NCBI GenBank assembly: GCA_011109175.1 | Contig: RDEW01000001.1 | Coordinates: forward strand, 1,922,332 to 1,986,331 | Origin: Dicyema japonicum | Taxonomy: Eukaryota; Animalia; Dicyemida | Direction: 5' to 3' | DNA: 64,000 bases | Shown: in pieces, positions 1 through 13,743 of the stretch | Layout of the letters: every line of letters begins with the position of its first letter | Numbering within the stretch: position 1 is the first letter of the stretch | Program-made: the position numbers and the translations under genes | Notes under the pieces: generated by a model | Told to the model about the DNA's origin: nothing | Seen by the model: only the letters and a program-made list of their open reading frames with translations | Database searches by the model: none

Positions 1-1988
1 ACAGAATCCTCCATCTTCTCAATATATTCTGCTGCTCTCCCAGAAACGAAGGTAATTATTGTCGGCTGGTCTCCAAAATTCCAGAATTGGAAGAACTCTC
101 CACGTGCATTCGTAGAACTAGATAAATAGCCGATCGCGTTGGATTCGACATCCCAGAACCGCCGATCAAAAAATAAGACCACCAAAATATCTTAACCAAT
201 CAAAACTTTGTTCATAACCCCGAAGTTCAGTCTCTTTATGGAAATTCTCTTCCATTTCGGAAGAGGAGGTCGAAAAACAAGTCCAATATTCTTCAAACTA
301 TTTTTGAGGATCCCCAAAGGGACCGTACACAAGACGGCATCGCCTTTCACAGCAATTTTCTCCAGAGTGTTGTTTTCGACCGTGTATGAGACCTCAACCC
401 CTATAATAAAAAACCTCTTAGACCATGTTGGTCGTACAAGACCGAGTTAACCGTGGCGTTGAGGATAATTTTGTCCCTAAAGGAATCCGCCAGAGATTCA
501 AGAATCGTAGTCAGTCCGTTTACCACTAAAATACCAGTTTTCTAATTTACAGGTAAAATGGCGTCCTAGATATTCGTTTCCGTCATCCTGATCCCAGTAA
601 AGTCCACTGAGTGACTCCACCGGACAAGAATTGGCGAACTCCATGTTGGCTAAATGCCAGTCAAGCAATCGCCGATTAAGAGAACTCGAATCATAAAAAT
701 CTTCTGAGGAAACAAGTTCCTCTGACTCTGAGAACTCCATCAACTTGTTTCTGTGAGAATACAATCGATTGAATTTCTGAAATATAAACACAAGCCAACA
801 ATGCAGGACTTTGATAGCTCGTATTTAAGATAATTGTGCAAAAACTCTGAATCGAATCCCCTGCTTTTCTCCACCAGGTTCATCTTGTTGTGGATTGACC
901 GCATAGAACTCCTCAACTCAATGAGCTACAAATGCGTAATACAGAAACTTTGATGGAAATTTTGTGGATTTTCGACTTCAGTTTCAGAGTTCTTTGGAGA
1001 CTATGTAATCTCCTTCTGAGTATACTGTGTTCATGAAGCCTGGAATAAGTCATAAAAGTCACATTAAAACAGTCTCCATGACGGTCCCCAACCCCCATTT
1101 TTTGCTTTTAAAATCATCAAAGAATTTGGAAGTAATTTTTAAAATTTGATTAAATCTTGTTTCCACCGCGACGTCATTCTCTTTTGAAACCTTGAATAGC
1201 ATAACGGAATCACCGGCTTTCCGTCAAAGTCAAAGAGAGGACACGACTCATTCAAGTATATGACTTCTTCACCACTTTGTCGAGTCAGGGTCCTCATTGG
1301 GTTGCATCCTGTGGTGATCCTCATAGAAAACCTTCCCCCAGAATAATCATACCCCCCAAGTCCACGTGACCCGTCTGTTTGTCAGAATAAGTATGAATTC
1401 GTCCTCCAATTCTCGCCTTGCAGTAATATATTTAAAGAACCTTAGCCTCCAGAAGGATCACGTCGAATCCCAGAGAAATCAGTTTCTTAGCAGAAATTAA
1501 CCCGGAGATTCCAGCCCCAATAATGATGACTTTGTGTTTCGTTACTAAAATCAGATTATTTGTCAGACTTGGTGGAATACTGATTTGCTTATAAATTCCA
1601 AAGTTAATAAATCCGTGACGGTTTAAAAAGTGGTAAATCTTCTTGGAAAAGTCAAGGAAATGGTTAGAACATTTGACGTTAACTTGGGTCAGAATGTCGT
1701 TGAAAGTGACTTCCTTGGAGGGATTTTCAATCCATTTTTTGAGCTGAAATAATGAATTATTAAACAATTAAATTTCGAATAAAAAAATATGTTTTTAATT
1801 TCGGAGAGTTTTTCTTCAAATCTGAGAAGCACATTTCTTCGATATTGGTCAACACTGTACTCCTCAGTCGTGACTGATCGACAATCGGTTTGAAATTTTG
1901 TATATTATCTGTTTTGTTATATAATGTTCTCACTTTCGTAATTCTGGACAATATTTTCTTTGAAATCTTCCCAAGAATTGAATAGCAT
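1..1988 (-). CDS. KDM1A: Lysine-specific demethylase 1 (SWIRM + FAD amine oxidase), multi-exon, runs off the window start
   Basis: Spliced translation: ATG 1988; SWIRM 'YFFIRNLI|LKKWIENP...FLNRHGFINFGIY'; Rossmann motif 'KVIIIGAGISGLISA...LLEAK|ARIGGRIHT'; 'RRLLDWHLANMEFANS...LSGLYWDQDD'. Micro-introns include 1744-1765 (22 nt) and 1545-1568 (24 nt). Confidence 0.93.
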
Positions 1989-2096
1989 GCCTAACCAAGA
2001 ATTAAATATTTGTCTGGAAATTTATATTAATAAATATATTTTTGTTACAATTTTTTAATCATTTTACTTAATATATCATTTAATTTCACATAGTTT

Positions 2097-2443
2097 TGTT
2101 GGACTCGAATCACTCTCACAATTAGTCTCTTACTACGGTTAGAAACAACAGAGTATACTTTATTTCCCTTCCTAATACGACTGTTATTTCTTATGTGCAG
2201 TGACTCTGTTATTTATACCACATACTGTGATCCATGTTAATAATGGGCTGAGAGCTATAGAAACGACCTGAGTAGATAATTCAGTTTATAGGTTAACTGG
2301 TCGGAGATGGTAAAACCACGTGACTTTCAGGTCGAGAGGTAACAACTGTCACCGACTCTGCTACGGATTCAGTTGTTAACGTAATGGCCACGATCCTTGG
2401 ATCTGGTTGGAGAAGGTCTTGAATACTTTCCATAACTACCACA
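2097..2443 (-). mobile_element. Possible solo LTR
   Basis: On the minus strand it begins TGTGGTAG and ends CCAACA, with TATAAAT followed ~45 nt later by AATAAA near the 3' end. No target-site duplication found. Confidence 0.3.
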
Positions 2444-2479
2444 ATAATCAGTTCAATCTAACTCTACATCTTGTTTAAT

Positions 2480-3760
2480 AATTTAACCCAATAGAATTGT
2501 CTCAACACCGAGAAGTGGATGACGCTTCTCTCTGTGCTCTAATCAACATGGAACGATTAAAATTACCAACCATGGGGCCAAGAGACAAAACTCTGCTTCC
2601 GTTTTCTTGTGGAGGCCTTTTCACATTAGTCAGGAGTCAAATTTACCTCCCGTCGCTTCGAATGACAATTGTAACATCTGAAATCCATCTCTACTGTCAT
2701 GTCCTTGCAGATTATCGTCCTGATCTCACCCGCTTCATTCGAATGGAACATGCTCTAATTTGCGGCAGCCTAAACACAGTCTTCTTTGCTATGCAAGCCA
2801 ACAAAGGGATTTTTAAATCAAACAACATATGACTTGATTTCCTTAATGGTGAGGTATATAAACCAATCCTAACGTGGTGACTCACTTAGCTCACCAGAAA
2901 TTTCCTTTACGTAGACATTTAAGTACGATAACCCAATCATCCTGAGAATTCCCCAAATGGAAGTTAAATTATACAGCAAGTACCACTGTCAACTTCCCAC
3001 TAGCAGTCAGGTCTTTTTGTTGAACATCAACACCAGTGTTTCCGTACAGAGGATTTCCATTCGTTTGACGCCATCTCGAAAACAAAGCCACGGTCAGGCA
3101 TTATAATAATTTCGCACGCTCGGAAAAGATTCATTCCAATGGGCCAAACCAAACGCTCCGTTTGCCATTCCATAACATACACCTGAGAGAGATTAAAGAA
3201 CTTCAACTGACAGTAGAATGACCTAAGATTTTATAAGTGAAAAAAGAAAACACACGTAACACCGCAAGAACGGAAGCTTATGGAAATCAATAAAAAGGCT
3301 CAAAAAGTTTTCTCCGCAACCTACGTGCAACAGGCTCAAGTTTAAATGAAGCTTATTAGGTCATAAAGACTATTCCAAAGACCAGGACCATCGCATAAAC
3401 TACAGTAATGGTCAAATGTATCGAACCAACCGAAACACATTCACATGTGTTAGAAAATGTGTCATTCTAAAGATTTCTTCACTGGCAGGTGACCAAATAG
3501 AATCTCGCATCCCTTCGTTGAACTTATATAATAACAATTCATTCTACCGAGCGTCGAATACACTTAGGTGGGAACGATCGCACCCCCTGGCTAAAGCGAT
3601 ACCGAAGCGACCATCCACCTCACTGTTTGAGGAATCGCTAGACATCCAATTGATCACCCGACGAACGGCAGAGAGATTTCCTTTAAAGACTTTGGCATGA
3701 AATCAGACAATATATGGAATCCTCCACTGAGAAGAATCCAAGATTTCAGAAAAACCGAGG
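2480..3760 (+). mobile_element. Highly decayed non-LTR retrotransposon debris
   Basis: Stop-riddled sequence between the putative LTR and an AT-rich tail, with only weak LINE-like remnants. Confidence 0.35.
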
Positions 3761-4599
3761 AAGCGAGACATGTACATCGGGATCTTTTTATCACAGAATA
3801 TATGCTTTGTTATTAGTAAATGTTTAATAAACGTTATAAATTAAAATGAGTATACTAACCTACTCAACGACAGGATAAGTCGAACAACAGATAAACAATT
3901 CAAAGATGTTTTTGTCCATAAGAACAATGTAAAGAGGGAGTGGGGAAATTTTGGAAGCCCTAGCGAGGTTGTAATCTTTCACATTCAACGTCAATGAAGG
4001 AAAACGTTTCGAATAAAAAAATATGTCAATTCGATTATATATTTGAACATAAAATTTTATTTGGGGAGATCTCCAGAAAAATAAAAAAAACTCAAAGATA
4101 GGCGTTCTTTGGGACTCAATTTGTTTATTTTCCTGAAAAAAACTGTTTTGGTTTCAGCATTCTCTTCTTTCACTAGTTTGTCCATGCAATCTATGCTTAC
4201 TTTAATCGAGGATGATTTCGGTTAATCATAGATTGATCGTGACCTCCCCGTGGGAATGTATTCCTTGAAGAGGCACTTAGTAGAACATTTCTCTTTTATA
4301 TTTTTAATCCATTAGTTAAGAGATGGGGGAAGGATTACTCCTAAATTACCCTATAACTAAAAAATAGTTTTTCACTAAATTTTTGCATGAAACGAACTAC
4401 ACAGTCAGTAATTGAATAAATCACGAATCGAATTAGTTCTCATAGTCCCTCTCAGTTAATTTGTCTCCTCTTTGAGGAAGATCTAAACACCTTAAGGATT
4501 CGGAAATGTATAAGGCCATTTTGAAAATCTTAAATGAGTAACTCATGAAACTCACATTCCTTGTATAAGAGTTTTAAAATTTTATTATTGTTGCCACAT

Positions 4600-5560
4600 G
4601 ATCACTGGGTTAAACAAAAAAATGTCCCAATGTGGCAGGGGGAAGTTTAGACCAATGTGGGCGGGCTTTCCATAACAGATTCGTATTTTTATCATATCTT
4701 GGGTGATTCTTTGGTTGCCTTCACGAATTTTTACTGTCTTTCAAGTGGGAGTGCTTCAAAAGTCATTGACAGGGAATTAAGGGATGATTCTGTCAGCTGC
4801 TATCTGGTTTTGGGCAATTTGTTAATTAAAGAACGGAAAATCGCCATTGACCATGTTGCATTTGCACATGTTAATGCTGGTCGGACAAATGTAGACAGTG
4901 GAGAGATATCACATTGTTTCCTAGAGCTTTTGTGACAATTTTCGAGATTTAAACACCTTCGATATTCAGGGACCAGCTCCAAAAAACGTGCTTGTGATAT
5001 GGTTGTTGTGGCTGGAAATAGTTAAAAAGTAAGTTCAAAGGGATCGAAAAATGTGGCAGTAAAAGTTAGCAGTTCTCCACGAGCTACAGGAGCTTCTATT
5101 GTGAAAAGGTTTGAAGAGGAGATCAAGAGAGTTTTCAGATCTACAGAAACTGAAAAAAGTCTATTCCTCATGATCCTTCAGTTTCTGAAGATTCTAATAA
5201 TGTGTTTATAAAGATCTCTGTTACATCGAATATGGGGGCCATCAAATATATAACGTGGTGTACTCGTTTGACTTGACGAGATCTATAGATTAAGTCACAA
5301 AGGCTCCGGGATCTTCCGTCTCAAATTCAGAAAGGAGGGCAAAAGGAACTTTTGTGAACATGTGAATACTACTCCACTTTTGGTCTTGGAAACCATTGCT
5401 TCATGAAATCCGAGTAAGACCGTCTGAAATTGTGTTAAAGAACCTGCCCTTTTGAGGTGATGATAACGACCTTCATGAATTTGGTTGATGATAACGTCAA
5501 AGAATTAGCCCCATCTCAGGTAATAACGATGCAAAGTTAGTGTGGCCTATCTACAAGAGG
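4600..5560 (-). mobile_element. Decayed Jockey/I-like LINE RT remnant
   Basis: 'STFVRPALTCANATWS...LINKL' resembles the RT C-terminal YxxFVRPxLEYA..W motif; 'INQIHEG...TVLLGFHEA' resembles 'TDFIRVGF...TVLxSIDxHKAF' in the copies at 48.7 and 52 kb. Confidence 0.55.
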
Positions 5561-6099
5561 TGAAAGTGGATCGAGATGTATGCTACGGAAATTATCGACT
5601 AATAATACTACCGTCCGATTGCCGTCACTATGGAATGGACTTTTCAGTTCATCTATCAATCGTGAATCGACTACTCAAAGTATGAAGAGATACTGACAGA
5701 ATCGCTATCATTCAATTGGATATTGGATTACGTAAAAAGAACTCGATTATATCCGTCATTAATGTCTACGTTCCCCACATGATTAACAAATTGAATAAAT
5801 GAATTTGACTTTTATTTGAGTCTATATTCGCAATTCTGTTCGTGCAGACCAATTTTTGTCTCAGGAGACTGAATTTCAAGGAATTAGACGTAGTGGTGAA
5901 AATTGGGCTATCGTACCTCATCTGGAAACTACCTGATAGACCTCTACAATGCCTACGATTTGTTTTTGTGCACAAGGCCTTTGATGTTATACTCAAAGCT
6001 ACATTGGTTGGCAGCCGAAAAGATAAAAAGAGGATATAAATTCTAACCTTATTGACTATATTTTAAGTAAAAAGACACTCAAAGGACAGCATACATCCA

Positions 6100-7430
6100 C
6101 GTGGGAAAATGTTCATGGCTATAAGACTCCTCGACTCCAATTAAAACCAACTTTAAATACAAGCCGAGTGTAGTCATTTTGTCTCCGCAAAACTAATAAC
6201 CGACCATCTTAGCAAACAAATTAATCAGGATGACCTCTGCACAGTTAAAGGGGAGCCTTTGTTCATCGGATTCTAAAATTTTGGAATGTCTCAGACTCTC
6301 GAATCATAGCAGAAGGCCTGGGTTTTACAATATTTGTGGAGAACTACTAAAAAACGAGCCTCGGCATGGATATCCTTTATTTTCAACGAAATAATCAAGA
6401 CTCACTGTCCAGTTGACATTTCATAGGGATATTACTGTCTGTAAAAAAACCCGGTAAAAGTGAAGAAAACTCAATAATATAAGGGCCATAGTTCTGTTGA
6501 CGTGTCTGAGAAAACCTCTGATATCGTTTGGAGTCATCTAAATATCAAAGGCACAGAAAAATGATGTATATTCTGGGAGTTGATTTGGCGAAGACTGTCG
6601 ACTATCTTCAGAACTTAACTATTGTTTTCGAGGACATTATTGATGAAGACTGCCAAATAATTATAAGAATTTTGCTTAAGATACGGTGAAGGTGGGCAAG
6701 AGTTATTCGGAAAAGTCTACAACGAATATTGGTACTCCTCATGGTGATTCACTTTCGCCAGTTCTCTTTATAATTTATTTGGAAGCTGCTTTGAGGGATG
6801 TTCGGAAAGAATATGGTTGTCTAAATGTCTAGTTGAACTAATTATGCGGAAATATAGATTTTGTATCCGGCGACCTGTTAAAATTAACATAGAAAAACTG
6901 ACATCGATTTAATTGATGCAAACGCGAGTTGATGAAAATTTGGATTTATATTAAAAAGAAGCTTGGCTCTCTTCCGGGAGATGCTGAGGACAATGGTCGC
7001 AGAAAAATCCTGGCCTCTTTTGCAATGAAAAAGATTTAGAATATTTGGACACAGAAAGCATGTCTCTTTAAATCTACGGATAAGGCTAATTAATGAGTTA
7101 ACTGCTCTTATTGTACAACTCAGTAACATGAAATCAGATCTTAGCAGACTTGACGAATACCACATAAATCAGCAAAGAAAAATAGTAGGCATCCACTGGC
7201 CTAAGAAATTAAACAACAGGAATCTACGATAAAGAGGAAATAATACAATCTCGCTGGCGATTTTTTGGACATATTCTTAGTATGGATATGGTGTAACCTC
7301 ATTATGGAAGTTTTTTTCAATGCGGACGACCTTGATGAACTAAAGAAGCGAACGAGGAGGAAAGCTGCATGGAAAATGCTGGTAGAACGGATAGCAAAGA
7401 GCACGGCACAAGCGAAACCCTAAGTATTCA
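6100..7430 (+). mobile_element. RTE-like LINE, RT and 3' end, degenerate
   Basis: 'TNIGTPHGDSLSPVLFIIYLEAALRDVR' at ~6720-6805; the 3' end 'ADDLDELKKR...AWKMLVERIAKSTAQ' matches copies at 26.8 and 55.1 kb. Confidence 0.75.
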
Positions 7431-7739
7431 TACAAGATGGTTAAAGCTGGAGTGTTCTTCACTAACTAACAAGATCGATAATTTTAATATTTCAAAAATC
7501 CATGTCATTTGGAGTTTTTTGGAAATACATTCATTCATTTAACTTTTTGAAGTAAATCTGTGGTAGGTCCATTAAATTATCTTCACGTTCTGCTCTAAGA
7601 ATTAAGTAGATGTAATAGCAAAATTTCATGCACTCTCAACACAGCACAGATTTTTTGTCTAAAATAATTTATAAATTCTTACTTTGTTTACAATAATTCA
7701 GTTGTCGCTAAATTTCAAAAAGATTGAAATATGCCTGCC

Positions 7740-8190
7740 TCGACGTGACCTGAAAAAAGCGCTTTCCTCTTCTGACCACCACTACATTTTGGAGCAGACT
7801 GGTCTCACCCGAGCCGATGGCAAACGCCCATACGAGATGACAACATTCCCTTTTTCGAATGGTCAGAACCTGGTTTGGGACGTTACGTATGTTGATACGT
7901 ACTCTCAGAAAAATTTGGCCCGTTCAGTCTCGGACCCAAATCATGCTTCTAAGAAACCGAGTATCAAAAGAAAAGGAAGTAACGAAACATTTCGGAGGAT
8001 CACTTGTTGTCCCATTTGCTGTCGATACTTCAGGAATCCTTAGCTTACAAAGGGACGATCTAGACTGTCGGATCGGCTCAATGATCCAAAGGATAACGAA
8101 GGATCTATGTGAGACTGGATGATTTCGAGACCGCATCTTGAAAGCTAGTGTAAGAAGAAACAACATGGCCATTCAAGCTCCCTGATCTAA
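7740..8190 (+). mobile_element. CRE-like non-LTR retrotransposon, C-terminal restriction-like endonuclease fragment
   Basis: 'EQTGLTRADGKRPYEMTTFPFSNGQNLVWDVTYVD' then 'VVPFAVDTSG...FRDRILKASVRRN'; frameshifted. Confidence 0.8.
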
Positions 8191-8438
8191 GTGCTCTTTT
8201 AACATTTTTTAATTAAATCTATTCTGGTTAAATTTCGATTCAGATATGCTAAGAAAAAATCCTTATTGTCATTTGCATTCTAGCCGATCTTTGTTAAGAC
8301 GTCTAGCGTGCTTGGTCAGAGGAACTGGCATCAACTCTCCCGAATCGAGGACCTTTGAGATCGTCTCAGGCTTAATATTGACTCACAGTGATTATTTCGT
8401 TTAGAAAATAGAATATCTAATAATAAAACCAAAGAAAA

Positions 8439-11400
8439 TCAATTGTAGTTAATTAACACTATGCAAGCTGAATTCTTCTCTTTTTGGGCATTGGCCTTTG
8501 TATCACCCTCACTGTCCACCTCGTATACTACTTGAGAAAGCAAATCATTAGACAAGACAGCTGTTTCTTTTGGTTCCTCTTCGACGTCACCTCCGAGTTC
8601 AGAGCCTCTTGAGATAAGATGATTAGTCACTCTTGTAACATCATCATCAACTTTCAGCCCATGTCTATGCTCGATTATCATGCTCTTTAAAGTTTTTTTA
8701 ATCGTCATTGATTGGATGTACACCCTTGTAGAGACATCCACGTTGAGTCTTTCCATATAGGACTTGTAGTACTTTGTTACTACTCCATCCCATGTCAAAA
8801 CAATCGGAATTATTGTCACCTTGGCCTTGTGGATTTGTGCTAGTTCTCCTGCAGAAGGTCGTATTTGTGGAGTTTTTCCACTTCAACATGTTTTAGCAAA
8901 TCTTGGGAAGTGATCCCTACTTCTATTAGTATTATTTCGTTTTTGGATTTATTGTGTACGAAAATATCAGGTTTGTTATTTTTAACTTTTATATCCGTTT
9001 GTAGTGTTGTAACGACTTGTATTTCAACTTTACTGTTTGACACAATCGATTGGACTGTATGCGTCTTTACCCTCTTGGTTCATTTTATTCCAAATTGACG
9101 ACATAGTTGTATACATCTTACAACTTGTTATGTCGCCACATATACGCACTGCTAAGCATCCTGGTACATCGTCTAGCCAGGTGATCCACACTCTTTTTGG
9201 CCATTCCACAATGACTGCAATTTGCTTTCATCTCTTCAAAGAACAGATTTCGATCCTGTATCATGCAGTACATTGCATCCGACCTTGGACTATTGTTTCC
9301 CCCAGTAAGCCATTCTGTTGATCCATTGATATCGACATTCGTATTTTCAAAACACTTAATTGAATGAAGCAATTTCTGATTAGTCTTTTCCAAATAATTC
9401 TTCTTTTGATATTCCTTTATATGTCAGTGTTCAAGTTAGATAGGTCATCCACATTGTATTTGAGTGCAATAAATCTTGCAATAGTGTCATATGTGCCTTT
9501 GTTTTAAGACCCGCAAGATTCCTGCCCTTCGAAGACACATGGAAGATTTCCTCTCAAAAATTGAAATAACATGCACTCTTATCAGAAATTGAGGTTAATC
9601 CTCTCCAAAACTATTCCTGCTGAGATAAATCTTTTTGTTAGCAGGTTTTAAGTGCACTCGTAAGTTAGAGAGTATACGGCGGATTTCTATATCAATAGCT
9701 TCGAATTAACGTGGTTCAATGTCGACAGGCCCAATATAATAATTATATAGCGAGAGTGCGTATTCATTAATCGTTTAAACAGGTTTACAGCGTTTAATTT
9801 CGAATTCGCCAGCATCTCTATTTTTTTCTTCACATTTTCAGCAATTTTTTCATAACTTTGTTTTTCATAACATTACTCCTTTTATCTTCTACACTCCAAG
9901 ATAGCAATATCCCTCACAACCATCCAAATAACTTGTATCATAGGCACATTTCAGATTAGTTGCAGACTTTTCACATTTTCTTTTAAGGCCAACAACACCC
10001 AGATATTCATCAATATCCTCCATCATTTTTAGAATAGTATCTTTATATTCGGCAATTATTTTCAGGTCGTCAATAAAAAAAAATGGTTAGTCGCATATGT
10101 CACAATAGACGGATCACTCTGATCAATACATATCTTCGGGAATTTTATATTTTATATTCGGCTTAGTGGGTCCATTACCAGAGTAAACAGCTGGGAGAGA
10201 GTGAGTCTCCTTGCAAGATTCCTCTCTCGAGTTTGACCTTTCCAATTCTTTTTTGTTAAGGTTCAAAATAACATTCCACTTGCTTATTAGATTCTTGATA
10301 AACTTCACAATCCATTCAGGAACTCCAGAGCTATCAAGAACCCGACACAAATAATCATGATTGACAGAATCGAAAGCCTTATGAATCCATGTTGTGAATA
10401 AGCTATTGCCATGTTCAGCACTAACACAATGATTTATTAAAGCCTGCTCCTTTGCACCTTGGCACTGCCTTTTTGCTCCAAGCTGATTATCCAAGATAAG
10501 ATTGAACCTTCAATATAATCTGTAAGTTTTGTATTAACACATTTTGTGACAAGTTTGTACAATATAGGCATGCACGTAGTTGGTCGTAAGTCATTCAGAG
10601 AACAGCAGTCTTCTTTTTTCGGAATGAGGTACGTAATCCAGTATAGAACCATTCTTCCGGGCAATATTCACCACTCACTATCTTGATAATCTCTACACTC
10701 AGATAACTATGAAGAGAATCAAATTTCTTGACAAAAAATCCATATACTCCATCACAGCCAGAGCTTCCAATTCGGCGTATAGTGAATAATGTTCTTAACG
10801 AACTCAACTGTCATATCTAACGGTAACTCCTCTGCTCCTGTTATTCGCCTCCCAACAATATTTCTGTGAGAATAATTCTGATCCTTTTCCCATACATCTT
10901 TCCAAAATGACACGCACTCATCTTCTGTAATTTTACAATCACTATTATTGACGTCATCGTTGAGCCTGCGATAAAACCTCCTCTTGTTCAGCTCAAAACA
11001 AAAATTATCTCGACTAAAGGATTTTCTTGATTCATGAATTGAGATTTTTTTCCATGATCTTGATTTTGTCTTCAATTAGGGTAGATATCCTTTTCAGTTC
11101 TCCCTTCTTTGATTTCTTGTATCCAAACGAGCACAAAACATCAAGCGATTTCTCCCTTTCTTCCCTTGACTGCTTCCCAGTAAACCCATAAACTAAGGCG
11201 TAATTTTCTTTGAATTTTGCAATTCTCTTTTCCACGTTTTCCCTTCAACAGCTTTTTACTGATTCCTTCTTTGTCAAATTTTCATATGCGCATTGTGCAG
11301 CATAAATTATGTCAGTTATCTCATTCATGTCTGTTGGCGTAGATGATGACACATAATTTGATATCACTGCATTTAATGTAGTAAGAACATCCTTTTTAAG

Positions 11401-11469
11401 CAACTTGTATGGAATCTTTTGTGTGGGTTTCCTTCCATCTCGGGGACATAAATCTATTTCTATAATCAT
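8439..11469 (-). mobile_element. R2-superfamily (R4/NeSL-like) RLE retrotransposon, near full-length ORF broken by frameshifts
   Basis: In order: 'PNWK..GCDGVYGFF', 'YLIPKK..LRPTTCMPILYKL', 'KAFDSVNH', GILQGDSLS-like, FIDDLK, CCHC 'CSHCG...VDHLARRC', RHN, 'KPDIFVHNK..IILIEVGITS...EKLHKYDLL'. Confidence 0.88.
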
Positions 11470-11789
11470 TTCTCACCCCCTATCGTTAATTGATTAAATA
11501 TACCGATCGATGTAGTCAATGTATCCTTACTTTTAATGTCAACAAATCCCCGATATTGCATGGGTCAAATTCAATTTCATTAATGGTTTCCAGACTATCC
11601 GTTATGGAACGATAGTTAGGTCCCTGATCCTCGGCTTTCTCGGAAGAATATCCTGGGTCTGAGACATAATAACTTTTTCAGTACAGGGTGCGAGGGTAGA
11701 GGCATGATGAAAGGCCTTAAGGATCATAATAGAAAAATTAAGGTTAGAGATATATCTATTTTTGATTTGGATATTGGATAATAATTGGC

Positions 11790-13300
11790 TATGTGTGTCA
11801 AAATTTCAACAAAAAAAAAGTTGGGAGAGTCAACGACCAAGAAGGAAAATCGGCTAATGAAGGTGAACCGACAGTGAAATCTAAATCAAAGAAGGGAATT
11901 GAAATACCCACCGATGAACTATATAAAATTGTTGCATCAGGACGAGCTGTTTCGTCTAACTTGGCTTATGATTCTCTTGTAGTGAATCTGGAAATTAAAA
12001 ACAATGGCTTTTGGGACGGATTAACGTTTTAACATACAATCAAACTCAGCGACTGCCAGTAAGGCACGAATTACATTAAGGAAATCAGGCATATTTACGC
12101 TTGAATTTTCCTCAAAAGAGGATATGGACGCTTGTGTCGATGATTTTGCTTGAGAGCCCCATTTGGTATTGATGGACATGTTTTTACTACTTCCTCCCTA
12201 TATCCTTCCTCTGTTGTTGTGAAGAGAATCCCTTCTTGGGTCTCAGATGATGACTTGAATCTTTATTTTATAGAAACTCAACAACCTGGTTTCTTTTTCC
12301 AACGTTTCGTGAAGACGGGCGCACTCTTCCTGTTGGAAAATTAACTTTGAAGTCTAGAGCGGAAGCCACGTCGCTTGTGAGACTGGGGATGGTGTTTGGG
12401 TTCCAGAGAGTTTGTTTTGAATGGTACAGAAAACCGGTAACAACCGATGTCAAAAATTTGGGCACATTGCGAATTTCTGCAAGGAAAAGGAAAGGTGCTT
12501 AATTTGTGGTGGAGAACACAATTTGAACTCTTGTTTGGCTAAGGACAGTGAAAGGAAATGCATTAACTGCGGGACAGTTGGTCATTTGGTTGTTTTTCAG
12601 CAAAGGCTGCCTTCGAAGAAAGAAGAACAAAAGACATGACTAAGAAGGTGTTTCGACCCGTTAAATGAGTTAAAGCTGAAGCTGTTGAAAGTGTTTGAGA
12701 AAATCTACACATCCCATAAATGTGATTTTCGACCCAAATAGACGCGAAAATATCGACCGTGAATACTAACCGATCCTCTGAGAATACAAACATTGTTACC
12801 AATTACATGAGCAAAGGGAATACTGTCGGTACTTGTTAATGAAACAAAGTTAAAGATTGAGGATAATTTTCAACTTGAGGGATATTGTTCTCTTGATATT
12901 AAATAAAGTCTGGTTGCAGGAAAAGGTACGTCTTTGTTTTACAGACTTAATCTAAGGGTTTGTAACCTGAAGATCATATCCCAAGAATTGTGTGAGTTTG
13001 TTTCCCTGAAAGTACGAGTGAAAAATCTGTGGATGAAAATTGGAGAATGTATTCTAAAAAATTATCTTCGTATCCTTATTTTATCGAGAATTTTTTTTCA
13101 TAATGAAAATGCACCGTTCTCGATCCTTTTGGAAGACTTAAACTCTATAGATACCTTGTTTGGTTGTCTGGGGACGAATAGAGACGGCCTTGGGTACAGG
13201 AAGAATTGGTTTCACATAAATAATCTGAATCGTCCCCAGTTCCGCTAATAAGCAGCGCCATATTACGTATGTATTTTCAATCGTAATAACCGCTATCCAG
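11790..13300 (+). mobile_element. LINE ORF1 (gag-like, CCHC knuckles) followed by an APE endonuclease remnant
   Basis: 'RCQKFGHIANFC...RCLICGGEHNLNSC...KCINCGTVGH'; downstream 'LLEDLNSIDTLFGCLGTNRDG' resembles GDFNAH..WG..TN..G. Confidence 0.7.
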
Positions 13301-13743
13301 AAATGCCTTTTTTTGTGTTTGCACAGGAAATCGATTGGAGAAGAGAACTAAGGACAACAGACCTTAATTTTGCCAAAGCAGAGATAGGTAGGTAAAGTGG
13401 GTTTCTGGATTTTTTACAAAAGCAAGAGAATTAGCTCAGCGTCTACGTGTGTAACTTCTGGGAGTAGTACATCGATTCATAAAACGCAACGAGCAATGTT
13501 ATCGTGGTTACATGCGGGTTGCCTAAAAATGTGTCACCTAATCCGAAAAGGATCGAAAAAAGCCCCATCTCATTTGATTGTGAATGGTTTTTCCCTGTTT
13601 AATGGAAAGAATAAATAATATGAATACTTTATTTGTGATACAATAAATTTATTATTTATTTAAAAATATTTAAAAATTAAATAAAATTTTTTTCAAACAT
13701 ATATTCATACGTGTTATTTCTTGTCCAACAAAACCTCCAACAA

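Noticed and set aside
5400-5500. 'VIINQIHEG' on the minus strand looked like a degenerate DEAH helicase Walker B
   Set aside because: The context matches the LINE RT segment (TDFIRVGF...TVL..D..KAF) seen in other copies; no other helicase motifs.
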